DNA from: Camelus ferus
Taxonomy: Eukaryota
Direction: 5' to 3'
Assembly: GCF_009834535.1 (NCBI RefSeq)
Contig: NC_045697.1
Coordinates: 24,492,001 to 24,556,000 of the forward strand
Length of the DNA stretch: 64,000 nt
Position numbers and translations under genes: made by a program. The number at the start of each line of letters is the position of its first letter. Position 1 is the first letter of the stretch. Positions 1 through 13,039 of this stretch are shown piece by piece. The notes under the pieces are model-generated. The model was not told the DNA's origin and did not search any database. It saw nothing but the letters and a program-made list of their open reading frames with translations.

Positions 1-2920
1 ATTAACCCTTCAGCCTTAGGTCATAATTTAGTCCAGAGGGGTCTTGATTTCCTTTCCCTTTTATAAGAAGTCACACTGGTCCAATATGTCAATCATTTTA
101 TTCTGATTGGATCAAGTGAGAAGGAAATAGCAACTACTTCAGACTTATTGATAAGACATTTACATGTGGGAAATAAATCCAGCTGAATTTCAGGGGCCTT
201 CTACCTCAGTGATATTTTTAGGGTTGAGTAGCATGGGTCCTGTTGAGATGTCCTCTCTGAGGTGAAGGATGGGTTCTTACATCTGGCCCTTCATGCAACC
301 GAAAAAGATGTACCACACCTAGTGGGCCTCTTTAGATATTGGAGGCAACATATTCTTCATTTGATTGTAATTCTTTGGCTTATATACTGGGAGTCCTGAA
401 ATGTCACTAAATTTGAGCGGGATCCAGAACAGTAGAAGGCTCTGAAACGGAGCCAGGCTGCATGTATGTTTCTCTGCCACTTGTGCCATATGACCCAGAA
501 GACGCAATGGTGCTTGAAGTGTCAGTGGCAGAGAGCGGTTCTCTCTGACCTTTCGCAGGCCTCTATACATGAATCACAGCACAGGCTCCTAGAGCTTTGG
601 GTAAAGCCCTGCTATCCCCCACAGACAACTGCTTTTCTTTTGAGAACCAGCACGTGACATACTACTAAGCTTTAGTAAAGACCGAACATTTAACCATGTG
701 CCACCCAGTTACCATGCAGCCTGAGCTGCCTTCATGAACTGGATGTTATCTGACCTATCAAGTCATAAATGTGGGCGTGCCCAGGAACACTCCATCATCA
801 AATGGAAGGGGTATATACATGTTTGGGCCCAAGCAGGCCTTGAAAGTACGCGTAGGTTATATAAAGAAGTGAACCTAAATGGTCCCCACTCTTGCTACGC
901 TGCTTTCTGTCTCTTAAGCTGTACCTATGGCCTCATGGGAAATTCTCTGTGATCAACAACAGAGGAAAAGGAGCCTCAGGCCTGGTTTACAGAAGGCTCT
1001 CCACAACAAGCAGGCACCACCCTAAAGTGAACAGGTCAGCATTACAGCTCCTCTCTGGGACACCGCTGAAGGGCAGTTTTGAAATAAATTCTTCCCAGTG
1101 GGCAGACATTCTAGCAGGGCAACTGCTCTGTTCAATTGGCTTGGAAGGTGAAATAGGCAGATATGCAATTACGTATTGATTTGTGGGCTGTGGCTAGTGG
1201 TTTGGCTAGATGATCAGGGAATTAGAAGGAACATGATTGGGAAATTAATGACAACAAAATTTGGGTAAGGAGTATGTGGGAAGACCTCTCTGAATGGCTA
1301 AAAATCTTGAAGAAATTTGTATCATCAAAGGGTGACATCAGCACAAGAGGATTTAAATAATCAAGCGATAGGATGAACTGTTCTGTGGATGCTAGTCAGC
1401 TTCTTTCTCCAGCCACCCTGTCATTGGCTGGTGGGCTCAGGAACAAAGTGGTAATGGTGGCAGAGAAGTAGGTTATACACATAATCAGCAACATGGACTT
1501 CCACTCACCGAGGCCTACCTGGCTCTGGCCGCTGCCGAGTGCCCAGTATGCCAGTATCAGAGGCCAATGCCAAGCCCCCAATATGGCACCATCCCTACGA
1601 TGATCAGCCAGGTACCTGGTGGCGGATTACACTGGGCTGCTTCCATCATGGAAAGACAGTGTTTTGCTCTTACTGAAATAGACACTCTGAATACAGAATT
1701 TCTTTCCCTGCACACAGTAGTTCTGCCAAAACTATCACCTGTGGATTGCCTGTCCTCAGTCACAGTATTCCACACATTACCTCTGCCCAAGGAACTCACT
1801 GCACAGAGAAAGGGGCCTAGCAATGGGCCCATGCCCGTGGAAGCCACTGGTCTTATCATTTCCCCCACTGCCCCAAAGCAGCTGGTTTGATAGATCAGAG
1901 GAATGGCTTTTTGAATACTCAGTTACCGTGCCTGCTGGGTGGTAACACAAGCAGGTCTGGAGCAGGGTCCTCCAGAAGGATGTATATGCTCTGAGTACGC
2001 ATCAGAGATAGGGTGCTGCTTCTCCCATAGCCGGGATTCACAAGTTGAGGAACCAAAGTGTAGAAGTGAGAGCAACACCACTCACTATTATCCCTAGGGA
2101 CCCACTAGCAAAAGTTTTGCTTCCCGTTCCCATGACCGTGTGCTCTGCTAGCCTAGATGTCTTAGTTCAAGAGCAAGCAATGTTTATCCAGGTGACACAA
2201 CATTCCCTTTGAATTCTAAGTTAAGACTGCCACCTGATCACTTGGGAGTCCTCATGTCTATGAATCAATAGGCAAATAAGGGAATTGTTGCTTGGGGTGA
2301 CTGGTACTGACTACCAAGGGGAAATGGGAATACTACTACTACACAATGGACAAAAGAAAGAGCATTCTAAAGCCCAGAGGATTCCCTAAGGGGGTGTCTC
2401 TGGTATTACCATACTCTCTGATTAAGATGAATGTACAATTACAACAACCCAATCCAGGCAGTATACTAATTACTCAGTCTCTTTAGGAATAAATATTTGA
2501 CTCACCCCATCATGTGAAAAACCATGACCACCTGAGGTACTTGTTGAAGGCAAAGGTAATACAGAATGAGTAGTGAATGAATATTGTTACAAATACCAGC
2601 CATGATCATGTGACAGTTGCAGAAATGAAGACTGTAATTGTCACGAGTATTTCCTTCTTATTTTACTATTAACATGTTTGTGCACGTTTGTGTACATGTG
2701 TAGCAAATCTCTATTTTCTTTCCTCTCTCCTTTATCTTGTAATATAAAATGTGTTGATATTATAGTATTTAAGTTAAAGGATATCCAGAAGTGTAAACAT
2801 CTCTCATGGACTTTACCTCCCATACTGAGGAAGGGTTAGATTGATTCTGGTTGTGTGCAGAATAGTTGTATCATGTTAGGTAGAATTATGACCTTGTTAT
2901 TGTCTTCATTTGGAGATTAA
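1..2920 (+). mobile_element. ERV-L internal region: degenerate pol (RT, RNase H, integrase), dUTPase and 3' untranslated part; starts before the window, no 3' LTR seen
   Basis: Frame 1 from base 1 reads INPSALGHNLVQRGLD..VTLVQYVNHFILIG, matching ERV-L RT (INSPALCHNLVRRDLD..ITLVHYIDDIMLIG). AWFTEGS near 980-1000 matches RNase H WFTDGS. ECPVCQYQRP and PSPQYGTIP near 1537-1597 match the integrase N-terminus. LNSKLRLPPDHLGVL..TDYQGEMGILL near 2209-2340 is a dUTPase downstream of integrase. Many stops and frameshifts. Confidence 0.93.
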
Positions 2921-3149
2921 ATAAGCTGCATTAAAAAGATGAAAAAAAAATCAAGATCAGTTGGGCTCATCCATGCTTAAGAGGAAAGTTTGTTTTCTGC
3001 CTTCCCCTTACCACATGCTTATCAATCGATGCTGTTGGCCAAGATTTCAGCTTGGATTATTGACCAGAGCATCAAACCGTGGCCTCCTTCACTACCCACT
3101 TGAGATTTGTAACTTCTGCTGTTTAAGAGGCTTGCCTTGTAGGTAACAC

Positions 3150-4450
3150 AGACATTTATCCAGAAGTTGTCTGAGTTTCTGCTTACTACCCCCTAAACAG
3201 GAGTTCTTTCCCATAACGCCCTGTTTACACTTAATGCTGTACACAGGAGTACCAAAAATGTGCTAATGGATTACCTGAGTTCCAGGATATTTCATCGTGT
3301 CTCCATCACGTAGCAGCCATGCTACCACATCCAAATGGTTCATGGGACTCTGTACTCTGGAGAAAGCTTCTTCTTTTAGCACCTAGAAACATTAAAACTA
3401 CAGAGCCTAAGATTATAAGAACAGGGAACTCAAATTACCCAAGTGGGTCACTGGGAATGATGGAGAACAATCAATCCTATTTGAAATGTTCAAGGACATC
3501 TAATCAAATGTCCTACCTCCAAATATCCTACCTCATCCCTATCAGGGCTTAGGAAACTGCCCTCCTCTGAGAACTCAGCCTTATTGGAATTTATGCTCAC
3601 CGTACTCACGCTTAGGTCTCCAATTCTGTCTGAAGATGAGTGCCTCCCTAAAGGTTGACTTAGAGGTAGTCTGGATCTTGAATTTCCCTTATTAATAGAT
3701 TGCTTCTTACATCAGTGTTGCTTAACAATAGTCACTCAATTTCCTAGCTCATTTGGTTACTCTTTCCCCTTAACTCTCAAATGTTAACAACAATATACCA
3801 GATTATATTACCCCTGCTCCCCATCTCCATTCACCATAGGTAAAAATCTTGGAAGTCCCACCGCTACAACTTTCCAAGGACTATCGATGACACACCTACC
3901 ATCAATGGTGGGGTCCTCATTACCATACGGTGACTGAGTGGTCCATTTCCAAAATGCCATGATTAGAGTCTGCTTCCTAGGAGAATTCCTGGCACAGAAG
4001 TTTGAGGTTCAGTTCCTTTGAGCTTGAGACAGGAGTTCTTGAAGGCAGTGCTTTGTTGAGGACATTTTCTCATAAGAAGGGGATGAAGGAAAGCAGGGAA
4101 GAACAGGGGAAGAAAGCTAAGGAAGTAAGTGATCTTGGCCGAAGACCAGCTTCAGCCTGGTTTCAAGAGAAGCTCTGCTGCACAAGCTGTACTGCAGAAT
4201 CATGCCCACCTTAATGTGAGAGAGCAGAAATGTTTTTAACCACGACCTCAGTTCAGTCAGCCACTGACCCGACTATCCCAGAAAGAGGGTAATCATAATT
4301 TTGGGATGAGACAGCTCCTGTTTGGCTGCATCAATTTCCCAGAGAAGGTGGTGGTTAGGAGTTTTTAGCAGCTAACATGCTTACCAGCTGGGTGATATAT
4401 GCATCTGACAGACGCATTGAGAATCCATGCAGGGCGTTAATAACATCACC
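3150..4450 (-). mobile_element. Second ERV-L/MaLR-type relic: 5' LTR (~4000-4450, LTR16/LTR33-like), gag start and a heavily deleted internal region
   Basis: The minus strand from ATG at 3960 reads MAFWKWTTQSPYGNEDP, resembling the ERV-L/MaLR gag N-terminus. The reverse complement of 3370-3460 (cccagtgacccacttgggtaatttgagttccctgttc) is homologous to 2092-2130 of the first element. Confidence 0.75.
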
Positions 4451-4499
4451 AATGAAGTAAGGGTTTGGGGAAATGGCAAATTTTTTTTTTTCCAGTGAT

Positions 4500-4960
4500 G
4501 GGAGGAAATGATGCAATATTTCTGAAGGGACATTTGGAAATAAAGGATGAAAGACACTAAAGCATTATGTGCCCTGATGTAGATGTGACTAAATTCACAA
4601 CAGAGAACTTAATGCTCTTTGACAAAGCAAATCTACTGTGCTGAAAGGTCCTTACGAAACTATGTACACAGATGTGTGAATATGTATAAAAAATATGTTC
4701 ATAAAACAATGTTTATAAGAGCATGTTTTGAAAGGGTTATTTCAAGAATGAAGAATTGATTAAATAATTCTGTTATTTTATTATTATCCAATATTATGAT
4801 AGAAATATCAATAAATCTCTGTTATCTCTATGTCTGTATGTTATGTACATAAAAGATAAAATAAGTTGTTAAATTTTTATAGTAGATATTTATTGTTCTA
4901 TATCCTTAAAATCTCTTTATATAAAAACATGCAAAGAAATTCTGTAAAGAAACATATCTG
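4500..4960 (+). mobile_element. Very old L1 (L1ME-like) 3' fragment
   Basis: Degenerate L1 3' motifs (ctctttgacaaagcaaatcta; atgttcataaaacaatgtttataagagca). Confidence 0.4.
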
Positions 4961-6084
4961 AGGGCTTTTTAATATATTCTAAAAAAGTATAAGACTCAAA
5001 ATAACCTAAGATTCACGAGTCTCATAAGATTTGCCCCCAAAGTTTAAAAGCAGTTAATGCCTGGAGGGTAATATTTTGGGCATGACTGACTCTACCCAGA
5101 TCACATGTGTATAATGTCATTTACAGACAGTGTCCAAATATGTGGCTTATGGGTTTTCAATATGCTTAATTGGTATAGCAATTATAATTGGTATATTTTT
5201 CTTAATTTCAAGGATCTTTTCAGTATATTCTAATGAAATAACTTCTAGTGTTTGAACTCCCAAGGAAAGGTAGAAAACTGAATGCTGACATAAAATTTTA
5301 TTCTTCAGGAATACATAAACATACTTTTTATATTTGGCGTAAAAATGAAGATGTGTAAAATGGATAGAGGAATATAGGACCAGTATCATATGAAGGACAG
5401 CCACTATCACCTAGGAGAAAAAACATTTCTTGCCATCCATGAGTCTGTACGGGTGGATGCTCTAAAAAATGTCAAGTTGTTCTTTTGTGGCTTTAGAGTT
5501 CACACATTTCATCACTCTAGCTTCTGAGGCGATAGCATATTATTGTTACCTTACTTGGAGACAGGTTAAATATTCAGTAGCTATAAGTAAAAATTTGATG
5601 TGAAATGGTTCTTCAGAAAGATTTTTCATTTTCTAAATGATTGAAGTCATTCCATTTGTTTTTTTTCCCAGTAATAATCAATCAATAGTCTTCAAAATAT
5701 AGATACGCAAGATAATGTAACATGGGCTTTAAATGGCAAAAATAGATGTGTAATCAATATTTCTCAAGTATTTGAGCAAAGAGAACACCATAAAATGTAG
5801 ATATGTGGCTAGCATTGTTTACTGTTATGTCCAGAAGTCTCTATTCTTCTTTTCAATAGAGCATCATTTTTTCAGTTTGGGATGACATATGCAGGTGTGT
5901 GCCCCAGCAGCATTAGAAAACGGGACAGATTCTTGTTTTTACCTCTTCAGCTTTGCTGGTGGTTAATTACATGATATCAACTTAACAACAAAAAAAAAAG
6001 CACTCTTCTAATGAATTCTGAATCTTGAATGAGGCTTGCAATAATAGAAACAATGACATAATTGGATTAATGTCATACTCAAAA

Positions 6085-6650
6085 TTTCAGATAATGCTGG
6101 GAAGGTGATTCCTAGCACATCCACTTTTAATTTTCTAATTTGACCAATGCAAATAAAGGGCAGATGGAGGAAAATATAGTAAGAATAACTTGCTATTATT
6201 CCAAATGTGGTCTCTTTATTGCAGTCAGTGAATTCACTTTATGATAGTTGAAATGCAGCTAGTGAACAGGAAAGTTATGTTTTTCTTCTACATTTAGCTA
6301 GACTGAAAATATCCTAAATTATTTTGTTTTCATCTGGCAGAGATAGCTTATACCTTAAGCTTGTTGCCTTAGATATACATGAACTCTCCAACTCTGTTAC
6401 AATTTAGCCCATGAAGAATCATAATCATTTCTATATTTCAAAAGATATCATATTGATCCACTAAATTAATGACATGGGACTTAATATTAAATATAGAAAG
6501 TATGTAGTAGCACATACAATACTTCCTAAGTTAAGACACATGCATGTCAGTGAATTGAAAATTAATCCCACAAAAAGTTCAGGAGCTAAAAAGAAATGTC
6601 TGAGTAAGGGTCGCTTGAATGTTTTGGAATTATTTTTGCTACAGATCTAT
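6085..6650 (+). mobile_element. Third, more decayed ERV-L reverse transcriptase fragment
   Basis: Translates as DNAGKVIPSTSTFN (cf. DAGVVIPTTSPFN), IIPNVVSLLQ (cf. AVPDVVSLLE), YMNSPTL (cf. YINSPAL), DIILIH*INDM (cf. DITLVHYIDDI) and KINPTK. Confidence 0.85.
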
Positions 6651-6739
6651 GAACAAGCTTGAGTGATGTAGTCATACAGTTAAGATTCTGGGAACTTAAT
6701 TAAAATAACGTTGGAAGTTAATTTCATTCTTTTTATTTA

Positions 6740-8600
6740 GGGAGAAATGAAGTTGTCTTTGTTTAGAAATGGTAGGATTTTATTTACAGAAAATCAACAA
6801 ATTCAGTAAAGTTGCCAGATACAAAAATAACATACATAAATCAGTTGCATTTCTATACACTAACAATGAAACATCTGAGAAAGAAATAAAGAAAACAATC
6901 CCATTCACAATAGCATCAAAAACAATAAAGTACTTAGGAATAAATTTAACCAAGGAGGTGAAAGATATGTACAATGAAAATTGTAAGAGTTTGATGAAAG
7001 ACATTAAAGAAGATGCTAGTAGTTGGGAGGTATCCTGTGTTCATGGGTTGAAGTGATTAATATTGTTAAAATGTCCATATTACTTAAATTGAATTACTTA
7101 AATTGGAACTAAAATATTTAAATTGAATTCAATTGGATCTGTCAATTCAATGCAGACTGTACTAAAATTCCAATGGCATTTTTCACGGAAACAGTAAAGA
7201 CAACTCTAAAATTCCTAGGGAAACATGAAAGTCCCCACATCTCCCAAGCAGTCTGGAGGAAGAACAAAACCAGAGGCATTACACTTCCTGATTTCGGACA
7301 TCCTGATTACTACCAAGCTATAGTAATCAAAGCAATGTGGTACTAGCATAAAAATATACACATAGAACAATGGCACAGAATTGAGAGTCCCCAAATAAAC
7401 CCTTGCATATCTGGTCAACAAATACTGACAAAGGAATCAAGAATATTGAATAGGGAAAGGATATTCTCTTTACTAAATGGTTTTAGAGAAACCAGATAAT
7501 CACATTGAGAAGAATGAATTTAGAGCTCTATCTTAAACCACTCATGAAAGTTAACTCAAAATGGATTAAATACTTAAACATAAAATCTGAAACCATAAAA
7601 CTCCTAGAAGAAAACATACGATGCCAAAAGCACAAGCAACAAAAGCAAAAATAAATGAGTGCAACTTATCAAATTAAAAAAGTTCTTCACAGCAAAAGAA
7701 ACAACAAAATGAAAAAGCAACTATAGAATATGAGAAAATATCTGCAAATCATAATATCTGATAAGTGGTTAATATCCAAAATATGTAAGAAACTCATGTA
7801 ACTGAATAGCAAAAAAATCTGATTAAAAATGGGCAGAGGAACTGAACAGATATATGTCTAAAAAAGACATACAGATGACCAACAGGCACATGAAAGACAC
7901 TCAACATCATCAATCAAAAAGAAAATGCAAATCAAAGCCAAAATAAGATATATCACAACTGTTAGAATGGCTGTTATCAAGACGACAAGAAATTATAAGT
8001 GTTGACTAGCATATAATGAAAAAGGAACCCGTGTGCACTGCTGGTGGGAATGTAAATGGGTACAACCACTATGGAGAATAGTTTTATTATGTGTGGAATA
8101 TTATTCAGCTATAAGAAAGGAAGAAATCCTGCTGTTTGGGACAACATAGATGGACTTTGATGGCATTATGTTAGGTGAAATAAGTCAGAAAGAGAAAGGC
8201 AAATGATCTTACTGTATGATCTTACTTAACTGTGGAATCTAAAAAAGCTGAATTCATAGAAACAGAGAGTAGAATGGTGGTTGCCCAGGGTTTGAGGGTG
8301 GGGGAAATGGGGAAATGTTGGTCAAAGTGTACAAATTTCCAGTTATAAGATGAGTAAGTCCTAATGCTCTAATGTACAGCATAGTGATTATAGCTAACAG
8401 TACTGTATTATATATTTAAATATTTCTAAGAGAATAGATCTTAACTGTTCTCAACAAAAGAGGAATTGTAATTATGTGAGGTTGATGGAGGTGTTAACAC
8501 TACTGTGGTGAATATTTAGCAATGTATAGTATCAAATCAACACATTGCACCTTAAACTTATGCAATTTCATATATTAGTATCTCAGTAAAGTCTAGAAAA
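6740..8600 (+). mobile_element. 5'-truncated LINE-1 (L1MA-like): ORF2 C-terminal part and 3' UTR, with internal deletions
   Basis: ORF 6769-7056 (INKFSKVARYKNNIHKSVAFLYTNN..IPFTIASKTIKYLGINLTKEVKD) is L1 ORF2p. Typical downstream motifs follow (tgcactgctggtgggaatgtaaatgg; ccagttataagatgagtaagt). Confidence 0.95.
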
Positions 8601-9225
8601 TATAAACACATATATTCTTTGACCCAGTTATTCTAGATTGTGATATACATTTTGGAGAAGCATTTATATATTTTAACAAAGAAGTTCATACCAAAAATAT
8701 GAAACATTAATTTTATGAATAATAACAACCAAAAGTAAAAATGAAACTAAGCAAATCTATAAATATCCTACATGCTGTAAGTAATGAAATGGACAAATGA
8801 CTTATATGTTATCTATGTTATACAGCAGTTAAGGAGAGTAAGTGTGATTCTAATGGATTAATATAGAAAAATTTAGAAGATATTTTATTTAATAAAAAAA
8901 TCAACTAAGAAACTGTACAGTAGCATGCCCTCTATAAACCAAAGCATACAGTGCTACTATGCATTTGTAAATATACATATTTCTCTTTCTCTTTATCTGT
9001 ATCTCTATCAGTATTTACCTATTTATCTATCTATCCATGTATCCTTATCTGGATAGATAAACCAAAGTAATGACAGTGGCTAATTCTTGGAAGAAATTGA
9101 AATTGAAGGTGTTTGTCAAGAGGAAATTTTGCTTCATATATAATATTTGAATTTTTCTTTTTAAAGAGGATAACATACTCATGTATGATTTATACAATCA
9201 AAATTAATTTTTAAATAAGTTAAAA
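8600..9225 (+). mobile_element. Old L1ME-like 3' fragment
   Basis: Motifs ttctttgacccagttattctag and tatacagcagttaag, with an A-rich 3' end. Confidence 0.5.
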
Positions 9226-9227
9226 TT

Positions 9228-9330
9228 TAAGTGAATTGCCCAAGGTAAAAAAGCCAATTAGCGCCCAAGTCAAAATTAAAACCTAGGAATTCTGACACTT
9301 AACAATATTCACTAATTTTCTTATGCCACA
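9228..9330 (-). mobile_element. MIR fragment
   Basis: aagtgaattgcccaaggt...aaacctaggaattctgac resembles the MIR core. Confidence 0.55.
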
Positions 9331-11372
9331 TTCTAGCAAATGACCAATTTTCATTAAGCATTTCAATGGGAAAGAAAATTAAAAATTAATTACATCCAAG
9401 TTAAGATGAGGGTGAAAACACATTCTTCCATCTATGCCATATTTTGTATTAGTTAAATGATTTTGCTAGTATTAAAGCTGGTTTTTGGAAGAAGGTTAAT
9501 GAGGCATTCCCACAAATTTGTAATGAGCACAGGACAGGTAACTTCATTCTTCCTCTGAGCTAGACGTTTTCAAACATTAATATATAGAGAATCGTTGAAG
9601 AATTGGTTAAAACGAGAGTTTCCCAACTCCAATTCCAATAAAGTCTGAAGTAGTTGATCTGAGCAGTTCCAAGGAGGCCACAAGGTATGTCAGGTCACCA
9701 GTCCAAGTAATTCTGATTTGGTTTCCTAAGGGTCCTATTCCCAGATAGCTCAAAACTCATTGCTGCTACTTGAATGAAAGCAAAAATATGGCTCCCAACT
9801 ATAGAAACCCAACAATATTAAAAAAAGTAGAGGGCGAGGGGAAGCAGAGAGTGACATTCCTTAAGAAGAGTTGAGTCCTAGTGATCCAAAGTGAGTTCTC
9901 AGGGATTATTACCCATCTGAGGTAGCATGTCCCCTTTTTATGAAATCAGTTGTATATTGGGCATTCTCACAATATCGGTTTAAAACCAACAAATTCAAAG
10001 GCCCAAACTTCACAAAGGTATTCATGTCCTCCTTTCCTTTTTTATTCAAATTTTTCTCCTTTTGGTGACAACCTTTAAAAATAATACTTAATTTATCAAT
10101 TAAAAAAACACTTTAAAGAAGAAAATTAAACAAAATGAAACAATAAGAGTTCCATATTAATAGGACCTTAACATGACCATTTCATGCCTTTAAAATATAA
10201 ATATGCAAAAAAAAAATCTTGCAAAGGGAAATTTATTTGCCATTCATTGAATATGTTCAGTGATCATTTCTTCCAAAAGGTAGTCTCTGAAGAACTTCTC
10301 CTGTTCACTCCTACTTTCTCCCTCTGCCTTTGTGATGGAAATTATTTTATTTCATGTAACATTTTTTCCTCTTTGGAATAGAGATTGATTTCAACTCTTG
10401 GTCCTTTGAAAGTGTACTTCAATGTGAAAGAGAAAAAAAGATGCGATCAGATTTTCCTAGTTATTTGAAGAGGGAGGGTAGAAGGAAGTGTTTACTTGAT
10501 TTTTGCATGGTAAGTATAACTTTCTCATGAGCCCTTTTAATTCTATAAACATCTTCTACTCAGGTTTTGTGCAATGGAATTATAGCCACTCTTTGTAAAT
10601 CCATTTAAAATCAATCTTCTGGATGAATATGTTTTCTTATAGCACAGATTACCATATTCCTCCCAAAGACATATTGATTTCCTCCTCTTTAAAAAAAAAA
10701 GTCCACTCAATTTTTCAAAGCACTTGGCTATAGTAACGGCGATGCTGATTTAATTACATGCAGTAAAGCTCTATTGGCCACAACCTGTTGCTGGCTTTTG
10801 TAAGCTCTGCTTGTATTTTTCTGGAAGGCAAATGCAAAAGAGCCATTTTTATCACTGTCTGATTATGTAGCCATTATATACAGTTAAATTTACTACAATA
10901 ATCCAGACTAAAATAATAGAAAGTTTTACAACCAACTTATATAGAATATGAAATCCGTGAGACGTTTACCCCAGAGATAAAACCAATGCTTCTATGTATT
11001 TAAAAATACAAATATGAGAATATTCCAATATACATTTTCAGTATTGATGTATGTATGTTGGTAAGTATTACAGGAGTATGGCAATAACAAATCTTTTCTT
11101 ATTGGTTGTTCTCTAAGTTTTCTTAACAGGTTGTTAGTTTCCTGAGGTTCTGAATCTTAACATCATGCCTAATACTTTATTCAAAATATCACTGTATTTC
11201 CAACTTCAGAAAGACTTTTATTTTATTGTGCTGCAGTATATATAAAACTCATACATATTGAACAAAAGTGCAGAATATATAATACACAGAATATATGATT
11301 AATGTAAATATATAGGTACACATACAAAAACGTGCATACACACACACACACGTATAAATCCAAATATATATT

Positions 11373-11546
11373 AAGTGGTGTACTGGGTCCAATCAGCCTC
11401 CAGCTGGTAATTTAAGACTGGCAATGGTAGGAGTATTTATATTACAGACATTGACAAACTTTAAAAATCAGGGTTTTGTGGAGATTTTAATGCTGTCTTT
11501 TTTATTCTCAGAAAGCTGATAGTTAAACATTACCAGCATGCTACTG
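11373..11546 (+). mobile_element. MER63-like non-autonomous hAT element (MITE)
   Basis: Imperfect terminal inverted repeats aagtggtgtactgg ... ccagcatgctactg, and internal ggagtatttat..gacattgacaaac..aaatcaggg typical of MER63. Confidence 0.75.
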
Positions 11547-12279
11547 TGCACACTGCATTCATTTGAAATGAATATGTTTATTTCTGATCATAAAAATTAA
11601 TTGTTACATGAAATGATTGGGGCATTTACTACTCTTCTGATCTCTAACATTTAGCAAGTAGTGGCTCCAATCTTGTGTCTAGTGGGTAGTGGGTAGCTTC
11701 TCCTGTGCTGGTTGCCTCCTGTTGTACAGTAATGTTGGACATCCCCAACCACCTGTCAGGGATATCGGTCTTTTATTAGGAGTTCTTGCAAAGGAGTTCA
11801 TTATGTTTTGGCAGATTGCAAATGCCACAGAAATTATCCAAGGCATTAACTCTCTTTTTCTGGTTAGGATATTTGGCTCCTCACAGGTTAATCCTGGTAC
11901 ACAATGTAATCTTGTTTTCATGTTTTTGGATTTTTTTTTTCAGGATAAATTACTCTACTGAATGCACAAAGCAGTTTTAAGGCAAGATCTTTCCAGATCA
12001 GTGGTGTAGAGAAAAAGGAGAGAACTGCCACATTTCTCTTTTCTACCTATTTTCATTCAATTTCATAAGAATGGTTAAGTTTGAAATTATGATCACAAAA
12101 TTCAGTTCAAGGGAAAAAACACCAACTTTTCTGTTCACAAGAAGCTCATTGTCTACTATAGAGGTGGATATCAGATAGAATTGGATAGAATGTGGTACTG
12201 GATAGAACTGACAGTTTTTCTGATGTTTCTTGATGGAGGAATAGGGGATTCTCAAATTATAACTATTGGCTCTATCTGG

Positions 12280-12835
12280 TGAAAACAAATACAAATGTAG
12301 GTAAAAGGGAGACTTTATTTAAAAAGGTTATCATAATAGGGGAGAGGGATTATTGCAAAAATTAGAAAGCTCCAGCTTATCTGAAGATCTGCAGAAGTAT
12401 CATAGGTGAGGAGGAAAAAAGCTTGTATTTTACGAGGACTAAACAATGCTAGAAAGAACTGGATATGTGGGAGTGGGATTGGTGTGATGGGATAGCTGAT
12501 CTGAGAATATTTTTCCTTGTCATCAACAGCTTTTTGGAAGGGTTCCTTTGAGTAAGGGTTGTTCGAATTCCAGTGCAAGACTTTTCTCCAGATCAGGTGG
12601 TGGAATCAAACAGTTTAGTTCATCACTTGTGTGATCTAGAATGAGTATTTGATGGGTCTGTGTCTGGCCTGTCACAAGTAAACTCATTTATGAATGTCTC
12701 ATCTAAGTGATATGAGGAGGATACTTCTTTACTGTAGAATTTTTTGTAGGGAAAAAAAATCTTGGGGAGGGTCAGATTTGGTGTCAATACCAGTTTTACG
12801 GGAGCACAGGGCTCAGGTAGAGTTCAACATTGTCA
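12280..12835 (-). mobile_element. ERV1-class LTR (MER90/MER110-like)
   Basis: The minus strand starts TGACAATGTTGAACTCTACCTGAGCCCTGTGCTCC, has AATAAA near 12314-12319, ends ttgttttCA, and is preceded by a purine run (aaaaaaggagc) resembling a PPT. Confidence 0.75.
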
Positions 12836-12983
12836 GCTCCTTTTTTACAGATTTTAGTCTAGTCAAAATTTTTGTTGTTGACTTATAGAATTTGATACTT
12901 ACAACTTGATATGAAATATTTTATGACTCACATTTTTTAAAATATCAATCATGTAGGTAGTAGATTGTTCATACAAGTGATGG

Positions 12984-13039
12984 CATTAGCTGTATACCAG
13001 AAATTGATACATTGTAACTCACTATACTTCAAAAAAAAA
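12984..13039 (+). mobile_element. Tiny 5'-truncated young L1 3' end with poly-A and TSD
   Basis: gctgtataccagaaattgatacattgtaactcactatacttc plus an A-tail, flanked by the direct repeat aagtgatgg (12975-12983 and 13040-13048). Confidence 0.85.

Noticed and set aside
1567..1890. 107-aa ORF as an intact or domesticated integrase gene
   Set aside because: It drifts in and out of the integrase frame through frameshifts; the surrounding pol has many stops and a dead RT motif.
6769..7056. ORF as a functional CDS
   Set aside because: It is a fragment of 5'-truncated L1 ORF2; the same applies to 31239-31508 and 32195-32380.
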